Source: Eledone cirrhosa | Lineage: Eukaryota | Length of the DNA stretch: 64,000 nucleotides | Reading direction: 5' to 3' | NCBI GenBank assembly: GCA_964016885.1 | Contig: OZ024740.1 | Span: forward strand, 150,102,001 to 150,166,000 | Shown here: positions 38,986 through 51,734 of the stretch, one piece after another | Position numbering within the stretch: the stretch's first letter is position 1 | Layout: every line of letters starts with the position of its first letter | Translations under genes and position numbers: made by a program | Notes under the pieces: generated by a model | Seen by the model: the letters and a program-made list of their open reading frames with translations, nothing else | What the model was told of the DNA's origin: nothing | Databases searched by the model: none

Positions 38986-39158
38986 CTACATAGATAGCAT
39001 TTGGTGCACAGCTTTCACAATGCATTTAGCACTTATTCCGTATTTCTCCATTAATTCTGCCGCTTTGCCACTGCGTGGAACTTCTAGAACACTAAGTTTC
39101 TTCACTATGACATTTGGGTATTCAGAGAGAGCACTAGAAACAGCTTCACCAAGACCAC
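38986..39158 (-). CDS. TKT: Transketolase, last coding exon
   Basis: CAG| then GGLGEAVSSALSEYPNVIVKKLSVLEVPRSGKAAELMEKYGISAKCIVKAVHQMLSM-TAG; phase matches the previous exon. Confidence 0.95.
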
Positions 39159-39201
39159 CTGAAACAAAGAAAACAGATTTACAATATCGTTTGTTACAAA
39201 T

Positions 39202-39232
<31 letters not shown>

Positions 39233-39637
39233 ATTACCAGAGCTTTTTCAGAACCAAATATTAGACAGAGCTATCAACAGTTTCTAATATATTATCATCA
39301 TCCTTATCTCCACTTAACATCTATTTTCCATATTTGCATGAGTTAGGTCAGGTGACCTGTTCAAATGTTCCAATTTTGGCTTGGTTTTCCGTGGCTGGAT
39401 CTCCTTAATGCCAATCACATCATCGTGTGCAGGGAGCATTTTTCATGATTTTTCAGCATTAGCCCTTTACAGGATGGACTGAATGCTTCAATCGTGGTAC
39501 TAGCATCCCTCAAAATTTGCAGGAAACCAAAGTATAAACTTTAATTTTGAATGTGATGCAATCCATAAGTGCTGTTTTGTACTTTTAAAGAATGCCTTGC
39601 TAATATAGTTAATTTTTAATATCTTGTACTACATTAA

Positions 39638-41101
39638 CCCTTTAGCATTCACATTGAATTGTCAAATGTCATGTTCATCTATTCGCATTATTTTCACTTA
39701 ATTATACTCAAGAGGGTTATCAATTTTATTTGTTTGTAATTACTTTAATTTTCTATGTGCAGACTTGAAATTTTGTCAGTAGATGTTTAAATAACTATAA
39801 TTTACAATTATATATTTTTACCTGATTTTTTTTGTTAAATTTGACTTTTATGGGCAAGTGAAATTAATTAACAGGTGTAAAAGTAATAACTATGGATAAA
39901 CACAAAAATTTAAACTTTATCTGCCTTATCTGTTAGATTTGTTGCAAAAAAATCCAATAATGACCTAGATGCTGATTTCCATCAATTCTAGCAGTTTTCT
40001 GAACAGGTGAATTAATTAAAAATGCAGGTGTAATCAGTACACGGTTTTAGTCATTCTCTACATTCCAGGCAAATATTTTCATTGAAAAAAATGTATAAAA
40101 CCTTTTCACCGGTCAAAATAATATTGGCAATGTACTCTGTAAATGTACGGTGTAAAATTACGTAATAGAAAGTTCCCAATATATAAGTTTATACACACTT
40201 TTAAATTTTTCTGACAATATTTCAATTAATGGTCGTACTTTGTACAGTGGGTCGCAATTTGATTCATTTCTACCAGGGGTATTTGAAGTATCAACCAGAT
40301 GCAAATACTGGTTTAATTTAATGAATCTCGTTTTTGCCATAATACTAGCTATATAAGGGTCACCAAACCTTATATCAGTACTCCAATAATTCCACAGTCG
40401 TGGAAATTGTTTAATACCAAACATAATATTTATGGTAAAAAACGCTTTCATTTCGGCAGAATCTGTCGGACAACATAACAGATCGGGTTTTCCGATATTA
40501 GAAATTTGTTGTTGTGCATAGCGATTTGCCACAACTTCGAAGAAAGATTGTGGTAAAAATAAAAAATAATAATCCAGTGCTTTAGCATCGGGTGGTAATG
40601 TGTGTTGTGGTCCAATATTTTCAGTAAAATCCGAAACATGTATCGATGTTTCTTTCAACCACGTTGCTATTTTTTCAATGGTGTCAGTCAAATCTTCTCT
40701 TTCACTTTCAAAGTAACTATCATCATTATCAGATATATCAGAAATAAATATATCTGATTCGTTTGAAGATAAATCACTGATATTATCTTCTGTTTCTTTT
40801 TGATCTCGAATGTCGTCGGACGTAAAACCTTCAAATTCGTTGTCGCTACTTTCGGAAGCCATGTTACACTTTCAACGTTAAAAACACGTGTTATCGCAAG
40901 TTCTTTAACTATACTAAGAGTTAATTTTCGCGCGTAAGGGCTTTATCTCGCAGTAATCTCGAATTGACGAGATTTCGATGATGTCAATGTTTATTTTTAG
41001 AAGGAAATCTCCGTGTGGTATTAAATGTCGGTTTTTGTCGGTTTGAATAAATGAAAGGGGACATAATTTTGTCGGTTTTTGTCGCTTTGAACGCTAAAGG
41101 G
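39638..41101 (-). mobile_element. Internally deleted piggyBac transposon (1464 bp)
   Basis: TTAA|CCCTTTAGCATTCA ... TGAACGCTAAAGGG|TTAA; contains a truncated transposase ORF. Confidence 0.92.
40158..40862 (-). pseudogene. Truncated piggyBac transposase (N-terminal 234 aa)
   Basis: Acidic N-terminus followed by YYFLFLP, EMKAFF, YWSTD, RFIKLNQYLHL and DPLYKVRPLI. It stops before the catalytic aspartates. Confidence 0.88.
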
Positions 41102-41973
41102 TTAAACTACAACAGGATGGCTAAATCTAATAAAATTAATTCTATAAATTAAGGAATATTACCATCCACAACTAGACTTGCTAGAAACTACAGCCAAGAC
41201 TCCCTCAAATTTAGACCTACTGTCTTGAAAAGGGGAAGAGAAATATAATAATGTAGTCAGATTTTCAATGCCTTAGAGAACAGGATAGTCATGCCTAAAT
41301 ATCTTTGTGGACCTGCTCAGCCAGAGTTGACCAAGGGTTTAACAACAATTATCACTACATTAATAACTTCAGAGTTTACAGCCATTCGTTTTGTTGCTGG
41401 GAAAAAATTTCAAAAATGTTAACATTTTTATGCACATCTATTAAATGTTATCCAGGTTTTAAAGAATCATATCAAAACCAGATGTACCATTACCCACTCA
41501 GTATCTCTTTGATAGAGTGAAAGACATGTTATTCAATACTGGATACAGCATTATCTAATGTTCCTTTGACAAAATGATTTGAAGAAATGTTACTGTAACA
41601 TGTGAAGTAACATTAGCCAGGATTTAAGGAAACATTATCCCAAAACCTGGCTCTTCAGGTAGAGAGAATACCTTGATGTTCAGCAGCATCCTTAGGGATG
41701 GAGGAATACATTCGTTTTCACTTGACTCAGTTTTCACTTCAGGACACTTTCCAACCACACCCCAGTATCAGCTTCTGCTGGCAGTGAGGGAATGAAAGCT
41801 TGGAGAAGAGATGGGCAGCATCAAGTATTTCTAAAGCCCAATGAAATGCCCTGAACACAGAGTCAAATGTTTAGAGTGGCACTCCAAGGACTGGCTGCAC
41901 CAGACTTGATTAATTGACTGACATCGATGAAACTTCATGAAGAAACAAAAGTTCTAAAACCCAGTTTAATTAC

Positions 41974-42190
41974 CTTCAGCATAATGATCCTCCACAGTCA
42001 AAACCTTGCCATTTGTCTTCTTGGCACATTCATAAATGGTTTTACCATCAATAGGTTTCACAGTGAATGGATCAATGATGGTTATAGAAATATTTTCAGA
42101 TGCCAGTTGGTCTGCTGCTCTGACAGCTTCAAGCAGAGTTACACAGGCTCCAACAACAGTTACTTTGTCACCTTCGGCTTGACGAATAAT
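41974..42190 (-). CDS. TKT: Transketolase exon
   Basis: IIRQAEGDKVTVVGACVTLLEA...IDPFTVKPID...VLTVEDHYAE; canonical CAG / GTAAT boundaries. Confidence 0.96.
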
Positions 42191-43134
42191 CTGAAATGAT
42201 TCAAACAATTCAATCTCATTAATTCTTAACATCTTGTAACGATTTAACAGGAAATAATTGAAAACGTCTGTTGATTCAAATGTTTATAGTATTTTTATTA
42301 ATGGTCAGTCATTGTGAAAACTGATAATGTAATACAATTGTAGTGCTATTTTGTACTTTTCAGGAATATCTTGGTGTTTCATGCAGAACTTGATGTTAAG
42401 AGTTGAATATCAAAATTTCATCTATTTTAAGAAAATATTTTTATTAATATACACTTAAAGAGAATATCTTGGTATAGTCATAAACAGTAAAGAAAGATGA
42501 CTTGATTAGATCACTGCATATTACTGATACTCTTAAAGAGCAAAATATATTCCAGTGGGACAATGAAACAAAATATCCAACACTCATCACCTTAGTTTCC
42601 TTAAATGCCCTAATACAAAAAATATTCCCACCAACTGAAAGTTTCATTTAAGCACAAACTTTTGGTATGAGTGACTAGAGAATATCACTAATGTTAATTC
42701 CGAATGTTTAATTCATGAAGAATTTTGTGGAATTTACTAAAATGATTAAATTATTTTATTACTAAGTAATTAACTTAACATATGGTTCTTATACATGTTG
42801 CAAGATTTAATTTAAATAGGAGCCATTTCTAATAGGTGGCTTTGTTTCATAGAACCAGAGCCAATTTTGAGAGGGTTGATATCAAAAGGATTAATTTCAT
42901 GAACTCTTGATAAAAAGGGAAGTGATTTGTTGACCCACCAAAGAGCTGAAAATTTATGAAACAGTATTTGAGCTCTAAACCGTGACACTGAATATGTGCA
43001 GAAATATGCTATGTCCATAGATCAAAACACCAGTTGCAACAAACCTCGTGAAGATTCAGACATCCATATTAAACCCCTTAAAATTTCAGACATCCATATT
43101 AAATAAGTGTAAGATTAACATTTTTAAGATAGTG

Positions 43135-44238
43135 ACAAATTTTTCCTCCATCTATTCCACGCTCAATTTTCGTACATAGTCCAAACACCCAATCTCGCAA
43201 AATCCGAAATCTGTATTTTTTGTTATCTATTTAAGGTTTAAATACGGTGTTTTTGTCGTATTGAACAGAACAAATCTTGCAGTTTTGCTTTTTGTTAAAT
43301 CGCTTGTTAAACATTCATAACCTTCCAGCTCATCAATTCAATTAATTCTATCGTATTCTCCAATTCCTTAATTCTATTGTATCCCCAAACAAAAAAAACA
43401 AAATCCTTCCCTTTCTTAATTCTATCGTATCGTCCAATTCCTTAATTCTATCGTATAAAATCCTTCCCATTCTACTTCTTATAAATTACTTTAAATATAT
43501 ATATATTATGCTACTTGAAAGTCAAAAAAAATCCGCTCTACCCCTTCACCCTCCAGCTTCTCCACGAGGGGCTGCGGTCAGCCACAATCTCTCTCCCCCT
43601 TCCCCCCTCTCTTTCTTCCCCCCTCTCTCTCTCTTAGCTACACACACACACACATATATATAAGATAAGTTCTCCATGTTTATTCACTTTCGCCAATCCA
43701 CCGCTGCTTCAATTATTCCTACTACGGGGTACTCATGTAAATCGTAAAGTACAAATTTTTCCTCCATCTATTCCACGCTCAATTTTCGTACATAGTCCAA
43801 ACATCCAATCTCGCAAAATCCGAAATCTGTATTTTTTGTTATCTATTTAAGGTTTAAATACGGTGTTTTTGTCGTATTGAACAGAACAAATCTTGCAGTT
43901 TTGCTTTTTGTTAAATCGCTTGTTAAACATTCATAACCTTCCAGCTCATCAATTCAATTAATTCTATCGTATTCTCCAATTCCTTAATTCTATCGTATCC
44001 CCAAACAAAAAAAACAAAATCCTTCCCATTCTTAATTCTATCGTATCGTCCAATTCCTTAATTCTATCGTATAAAATCCTTCCCATTCTACTTCTTATAA
44101 ATTACTTTAAATATATATATTATGCTACTTGAAAGTCAAAAAATCCGCTCTACCCCTTCACCCTCCAGCTTCTCCACGAGGGGCTGCGGTCAGCCACAAT
44201 CTCTCTCCCCCTTCCCCCTCTCTCTCTCTCTCTTAGCT

Positions 44239-44273
<35 letters not shown>

Positions 44274-45187
44274 AGATAAGTTCTCCTTCATGTTTATTCA
44301 CTTTCGCCAATCCACCGCTGCTTCAATTATTCCTACTACGGTGTACTCATGTAAATCGTAAAGTACAAAATTTTTCCTCCATCTATTCCACGCTCAATTT
44401 TCGTACATAGTCCAAACATCCAATCTCGCAAAATCCGAAATCTGTATTTTTTGTTATCTATTTAAGGTTTAAATACGGTGTTTTTGTCGTATTGAACAGA
44501 ACAAATCTTGCAGTTTTGCTTTTTGTTAAATCGCTTGTTAAACATTCATAACCTTCCAGCTCATCAATTCAATTAATTCTATCGTATTCTCCAATTCCTT
44601 AATTCTATCGTATCCCCAAACAAAAAAAACAAAATCCTTCCCATTCTTAATTCTATCGTATCGTCCAATTCCTTAATTCTATCGTATTCTCAAACAAAAA
44701 ACAAAATCCTTCCCATTCTACTTCTTATAAATTACTTTAAATATATATATTATGCTACTTGAAAGTCAAAAAATCCGCTCTACCCCTTCACCCTCCAGCT
44801 TCTCCACGAGGGGCTGCGGTCAGCCACAATCTCTCTCCCCCTTCCCCCCTCTTTCTTCCCCTCTCTCTCTCTCTTAGCTACACACACATATATATATATA
44901 TAAGATAAGTTCTCCATGTTTATTCACTTTCGCCAATCCACCGCTGCTTCAATTATTCCTACTACGGTGTACTCATGTAAATCGTAAAGTACAAATTTTT
45001 CCTCCATCTATTCCACGCTCAATTTTCGTACATAGTCCAAACATCCAATCTCGCAAAATCCGAAATCTGTATTTTTTGTTATCTATTTAAGGTTTAAATA
45101 CGGTGTTTTTGTCGTATTGAACAGAACAAATCTTGCAGTTTTGCTTTTTGTTAAATCGCTTGTTAAACATTCATAACCTTCCAGCTA
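43135..45187. repeat. Tandem repeat, ~615-625-bp unit x ~3.3
   Basis: ACAAATTTTTCCTCCATCTATTCCACGCTC at ~43135, 43751, 44365 and 44991; internal AATTCTATCGTAT sub-repeats and CT/CA/TA microsatellites. No visible relationship to the 2.3-22.5 kb satellite. Confidence 0.95.
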
Positions 45188-45554
45188 GCTACCCCACACC
45201 CCTCCCACCCGCCCCCACACACCACCATACTTAATACGTGGACCAATCATAAGCCAGAGCCCCCCCCCCCACGCATCACCATTATTATTATAAGCCTGAG
45301 CCCCCCCACCCCCACGCATCACCATTATTATTATTACGCGGACCAATCATAAGCCAGAGGCCTATACTATCGCTTGCCCGGTTGCCTTCGATATACGATG
45401 GATGGATGGATGGATGGACGGACTGCGGAATCCTGGAGAGTGGAAGGGAGAGAAAAATCTGGACGCTCAGAGCGAAAATGCCAAAGTTAAAGTCAAATTC
45501 ACCTCGTGGACGAGAATGCGAGCACTCCTCTTTGTTTCGTCCTCGGATGGCTAA
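43135..45554 (-). mobile_element. Putative Helentron-associated non-autonomous element (DINE-1/HINE-like)
   Basis: On the minus strand: terminal TTAGCC, short inverted repeat (CGAGGACGAAA / TCTCGTCCACG), (GTCC)(ATCC)n microsatellite, then central tandem repeats. The other terminus was not found. Confidence 0.45.
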
Positions 45555-48500
45555 CGTAACCCTATCTCCCCCCGCCCTTCACCACCCCCACCCTCCAAAC
45601 GCAACCCAAAACTTCAGAGTTGGTACCATAAATGTAGGCACCCTAAAGGGTCGCACTAACGAGGTTGTAGAAATGCTTGAACGTAAGGAGGTCGATGTTT
45701 GTTGTATTCAAGAGACCAGGTGGAGGGGTGGGTCTGCTAGATTCATTGAGGGTAAAAAACGATGTTATAAGCTTTTCTGGGTGGGAAACGACGATGGGCT
45801 GGGTGGAGTAGGAATCATGGTAGCAGAAAAGTGGGCAGATAAGATAATAGACGTAAATAGAGTGAACGACAGAATAATTAAAATAAGACTTGTCCTCAAT
45901 AAAACTACGGTGACAGTAATATCTGCGTACGCACCCCAATCCGGACTGCCCGGCACTATAAAAGACAGATTCTATGAGACACTGTTGCTAACTACCTCCC
46001 AAATATCTGACAGTGACTATATAATTATTGCAGGCGACCTAAATGGTCACGTTGGACAACATTGTGACGGCTACGACGAAATCCATGGAGGCTATGGGTT
46101 TGGTACTAGAAATGAGGAAGGCTCCAGAATCCTGGAATTCTGTGATGCAAATAACCTAACTATCTGTAACACTAACTTCAAAAAACGTGACAATCACCTG
46201 ATCACCTATAGATCAGGGGAACACACAAGCCAGGTAGATTATATCCTTACCAGAAGACGTGACAGAGTGTCTGTTGTAAACACTAAATCCCTCCCCCATG
46301 AAGAATGCACCTCCCAACATAGACTGATAATTAGCGACCTCATAGTCAGGACGAGACGTACTCGACAGCAGAAGAGGACTATCCTCAGGAGGAAAATATG
46401 GAAACTAAAGGACCCCACAGCCAGAAATAAATTTCAAAGCATATTACTTGATGCTTTCGACAGTAAGGAAGAGCATCTAGAATCGGACAATATAGAGGGA
46501 CAGTGGGAATTTCTGAAAGCAAACCTGCTGTTGGCGACAGACGAAGTCTGTGGCTGGAGCAGGCCTGTAGGCAGGAGGAGAGTAACTTGGTGGTGGAACA
46601 GTAGGGTGGAGGGGTCAATTAAGGCCAAAAAGCAGGCTTGGAAAGTATGGTGGGATGGGGGAAGTAGAGTAGACTATCAAGTGGCCAGGAGGGAAGCTAG
46701 GAGAGAAGTGTACTTAGCAAGAAGGAAAGCTGAGGAAAGAAAGTTCAAGCATGTTCTACAACACGATGACCAAAAACGTGAGGTGTTCAGGATTGCCAGG
46801 CAATGCGTCAAGGAAAACCGTGATATTGTCGGGGAGAAGTGTGTACTTAACGATGATGGCATACTTGCCATCACCGACACTGATAAGAAGGTAGCTTGGA
46901 AGTGTCACTAAATGAGGAGAATAAATGGGAGAAAGACAGTCTCCCCCATATCGACCCGATAGAGGGACCAGCAGTGTTAGTCGAGGGGAGTATAATAAGT
47001 AAGGCAATCAAGGATATGAAGACGGGTAAGGCGGCTGGGCCTTCGGAAATAGTTGCTGAGATGCTGAAGGCATCTGGCACGGTGGGACACACCATGGTCA
47101 CCCGCATAGTTAACCAAGTCGTACAGAATGGGGTTGTTCCGAAGGACTGGCATAGCAGCATCATCGTTAACTGTTATAAGGGTAAAGGAGACGCCCTAGA
47201 TAGGAGTAACTATAGAGGCATTAAATTAATCGACCAGGTCATGAAGGTCACGGAAAAAGTAATAGCGCAACTAATCAGAGAGAGAATTGACCTAGATGAA
47301 ATGCAGTTCGGGTTTGTGTCAGGCAAAAGCACCACAGACGCCCTTTTCATAGTACGACAACTACAGGAGAAGTACCTAGCTAAAGGTAAACCCCTCTACT
47401 TAGCTTTTGTCGACCTGGAGAAAGCCTTCGACAGAGTCCCCCGCTCCATCATCTGGTGGGCTCTTAGAAAACTAGGCGTTGGCGAATGGCTTGTGAGGGC
47501 TATACAAGCCATGTATAAAGAAACAGTCAGCAAGGTTAGAATTAACAACGAATATAGTGAAGAGTTTAGCGTAAAAGTTGGCGTCCATCAGGGCTCTGTT
47601 CTCAGCCCCCTACTATTTATTATTGCCCTTCAGGCTATAACAGAGGAGTTCAAGACAGGCTGCCCATGGGAACTCCTATACGCAGACGACCTGACACTCA
47701 TAGCGGAATCAATGGCCGAGCTAGAGAAGAAATTCCAAACATGGAAGCACGGCCTAGAGTCAAAAGGACTTAAAATTAACCTGGCTAAGACCAAAGTTCT
47801 AGTTTGTAGGAAAGAAAACAAGGCGGCGGTCCCTTCTGGGAAATGGTCGTGCTCGGTGTGTAGGAAAGGCGTAGGTAGAAACTCCATTTTATGTCCTAAA
47901 TGCAAAGTATGGGTGCATAAAAGATGTAGTGGGATCACAGGTAAGCTAACTAAGAACATAGATTTTACATGTGGCCGGTGTTCTGGTGCAATAAGTAGCA
48001 GCAAATGCCCACAAAATACTAGCTCTTTCAATTGCGCAGAGGGTTCTATAGAAATAGTGGACAGCTTCCGTTACCTGGGCGATAAAATCAGCAGTGGGGG
48101 AGGGTGCTCTGAAAGTACTGTAGCTAGAGTCAGAACTGGTTGGAAAAAGTTCAGAGAGCTTATACCACTATTAGCTGCTAAAGAGTTCTCCCTAAAAATG
48201 AAAGGCAGGTTGTACGATGCCTGCATACGAACAGCAATGTTGCATGGTAGTGAGACCTGGGCATTGTGTGCAGAGGATATACGCAGACTAGAGAGGAACG
48301 AAGCTTGCATGCTCCGCTGGATGTGTAACAGTAATATACGTGAACGGCAAAGCATAAACGAACTAAGGAAAAAATTAGAGATAAGAGGGATCAGATGTTG
48401 TTTACTCGAGAGAAGACTGCGTTGGTATGGACACGTGATGCGCATGAAAGTCGATAGCTGTATAACAAAGTGCAGGGCAATAAAGATAGACGGTAGCCAC

Positions 48501-48995
48501 GGAATAGGCAGACCTAGAAAAACATGGGATGAGCTGATAAACTCCGACCTCACACACTTACACCTCTCCAAGACAATGTCACTGGACCGAGACCTTTGGC
48601 GGTACTCAGTAACAGAGAAGACCCGCCTTGCCAGTAGGCATCTCTAACAAAATACACCCCGTCCCGCCACCACCCCCACCCCATCCCGTTCTATGTAAAG
48701 TTATGTTGGTGCCGCGCCATCCAGGCCGAAACAAATGAGATCGTGTAGGTGTCACGACAAAAAAACACACAGTCCACGCTGTAATGTGGCCGTGTAGGCA
48801 ACACGGTAAAAACCTCCCAGACCCACACTGTAAATGTGGTTGGTGTTAGGAAGGGCATCCAACTGTAGAAAACCTGCCAGACAGTCCTATGCGAGCAAGA
48901 CAATCACTCTTGCCTCAAGTGGGACTACCCCCGTCCAAACCCATGCAAGCGTGGAACACGGACGTTAAACGTTGATGATGATGATGATGATGATG
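45547..48995 (+). mobile_element. Near-full-length RTE-clade LINE (APE-RT, one frameshift, PHD insert)
   Basis: APE motifs VGTINVGTL, CIQETRW, AGDLNGHVG, QVDYIL and SQHRL; RT motifs FVDLEKAFDRV, GVHQGSVLSP and YADD; frameshift at ~46905; stop at 48647; 3' stem-loop CCATGCAAGCGTGG and (GAT)n tail. Confidence 0.97.
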
Positions 48996-49074
48996 GAGAA
49001 TAATCAGGAAGTCAAATTAGGGTTCATATCTTAAAATATACATTGATCTGTTGCAAATGAAAATTGTTTTCCAT

Positions 49075-50825
49075 AGACATGCACTAGATAGAGGAAACTA
49101 TAGAGGTATAAAGTTGATGGACCAGGTCATGAAAGTAACAGAAAGAGTTATAGCACAGCTGATTAGGGACCGGGTGAATATAGACGAGATGCAATTTGGG
49201 TTTGTACCAGGGAAAGGCACCACTGATGCCCTCTTCCTTGTGAGGCAATTACAGGAAAAGTACCTAGCTAAAAGTAAGCCACTCTACTTGGCATTTGTCG
49301 ACCTTGAGAAAGCCTTTGACAGAGTTCCACATGCAGTAATCTGGTGGGCTCTTAGAAAACTAGGAGTAGATGAATGGCTTGTGAAAGCGGTACAAGCCAT
49401 GTATAGGGGAGCAGTCAGCAAAGTTAGGATTGGCAATGAGTATAGCGAGGAATTTAGCGTACAGGTTGGGGTCCACCAGGGCTCTGTTCTTAGCCCTCTC
49501 CTGTTCATCATAGTCCTGCAGGCAATAACGGAGGAGTTTAAGACCGGATGCCCATGGGAACTCCTGTATGCTGATGACCTCGCACTCATAGCTGAATCTA
49601 TGGTAGAACTAGAGAATAAATTCCAAACCTGGAAGCAGGGACTAGAGAGAAAGGGCCTCAAAGTCAACATGACAAAGACTAAGGTCCTTATAAGTAGACG
49701 AGAAAACAGAACCCAGATCCCCTCAGGGAAATGGCCTTGCTCAGTATGTAGGAAAGGTGTAGGTAGGAACTCCATTCTCTGCCCCAAATGCAAACAATGG
49801 GTACACAAGAGATGTAGCGGGATCTCAGGAAGCTTAATTAAGAATGTAGGATTCACATGCAGCAGCTGTGCTGAAACAGCAAGCAAACAGCCACAGGAAA
49901 CAAGTACCACCAATCTCTGGGAGGGCCCTGTAGAAACAGTAGACAGCTTCTGCTACCTAGGTGACCGAATTAGCAACGGAGGTGGGTGCTCAGAAAGTAC
50001 AATAACTAGGGTAAGAACGGGATGGAAGAAGTTTAGGGAACTACTACCACTGCTAGCTGCAAAAGGCTTCTCCCTCAGAATGAAAGGCAGACTGTATGAT
50101 GCGTGTATCCGAACAGCGATGTTGCATGGTAGTGAGACCTGGGCGCTGAAGGTGGAAGACTTACGTAGATTAGAGAGAAACGAAGCCTGCATGCTCCGAT
50201 GGATGTGTAACAGTAATATACGTGAACGACAAAGCATAAAGGAATTGAGAGAGAGACTGAGCATAAGAGGAATCAAATGCTGCGTGCAGGAGAGGCGGTT
50301 ACGCTGGTATGGACATGTGATGCGTATGAAGGATGACAGCTGCATAAAAAGGTGCAGAGCACTAGAAGTTGATGGAAACCGCGGAGTGGGGAGACCCAAG
50401 ATGACTTGGGATGAGGTGATAAAAGCCGACCTTACCCAACTACACCTCTCAAAGTCAATGACACACGACCGTGACTTCTGGCGTCACGCAGTAATACAGG
50501 GTACCCGACCTCCCATGGGTACATGCAGAAGCATATAAACAATATGCCCCCCCCCCCCCTCACCGCAAGGTGGTCGTGGAGGTGCCACGGCAAAAAAGCA
50601 CCCAGCCCACACTGTAAAGTGGACGTGTAGGCGCCACGAAAAAGCACCCAGCACTCACTGTAAATGAGGTTGGTGTTAGGAAGGGCATCCAGCTGTAGAA
50701 ATCAAGCCAGATCAGTTCCTGTATGAGCAAGGCATGGTCAGCCGACCAGACACTGCCCACAACAGGACAACCCGTCTAACCCATGCTAGCGTGGAAGAAC
50801 GGACGTAAAACGGTGATGATGATGA
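49075..50825 (+). mobile_element. 5'-truncated RTE LINE, related subfamily, RT ORF intact
   Basis: Open from ALDRGNYRGIKL through YADD to the stop at 50538; 3' UTR GGTTGGTGTTAGGAAGGGCATCCAGCTGTAGAAA; (GAT)n tail. Confidence 0.96.
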
Positions 50826-51734
50826 AGTCCATACAGATTTGAAAGGAAGACAGTCAATTGTATTATTCAACTGATGTTTTATCAACAATGAAACAAGGAA
50901 GAAGAAAAAAAAAAAAAAAATAGAATGAGAATGCAGAACAAAGGGACATAACCAAATACAACAAAGTATTTGGTTACCTTCTTTGCCCACTTATTCCTGT
51001 GAGAGTCATAGGAGGTAGTCTTCAAACATTTCTTCCAGCATATCATGTCAGTTAACTGCTCTACAAATTTTTCCATCCTCTGCATTTTATTCAATGCAAT
51101 AAAAACGTCTTTAACCCCGATATTGTACTATTAGTCACACCTTTTTGTTTGGTTTATCTGATCTCAACAACAGTTTAAATGTTGTTACAACTCACACCTA
51201 TGTAAGTTTGACTATTTTCCCCTAAGTTTGCTTTTCAGATTCCACAGGTGTTTTAAAGAAATAGGCCCCAGTGATATCATGAAAGGTCATGTGAAATGAA
51301 GCATTTTGCTCAAGATCAATGCTGCCTGAGTGAGGAACTGAACCATACCACTGGGCTATGTAACTAGTTCAAATGTGAAAGCTAATTAAGCTATTATATT
51401 ATTTCTCTTTATTTGATAACCTTTTCTATCTCTTCAGTTTTATAGATAATGTTATAAAAGTTTAAAGGAGGTTCCAAAGACATCTTTGCAAAATTAAACT
51501 AAAGTATTAGTTAACTATGATTATTCAATATTTATAAAACACAAATTAGATATCGAAGAGTTGCCATATTTATAAAGACAGCCTTAGTCTGAAAGATGGT
51601 GTCATTCCATTCACATATTAAGCACAAGAAGGTGCAGATTAAGACCCCAATGTTCTAATATTTCTTATGCTGTCAATATCCACATAAAACAAATCAAGAT
51701 TCTAACTGCAAGTTATTAATAATTATACTTAGAT

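Noticed and set aside
38888-39346. 152-aa plus-strand ORF
   Set aside because: Antisense to the last TKT exon and runs through G and T homopolymers.
45365-45390. ATCGCTTGCCCGG resembling the U2 snRNA 5' end
   Set aside because: The similarity stops after ~7 nt, with no branch-point recognition sequence or Sm site.
45382-45546. N-terminal extension of the 509-aa LINE ORF
   Set aside because: Starts at TTG and translates a (GGAT)n microsatellite and the upstream repeat; probably not part of the protein.
47630-50399. Long antisense ORFs (133-209 aa)
   Set aside because: Shadows of the RT coding strand with no independent motifs.
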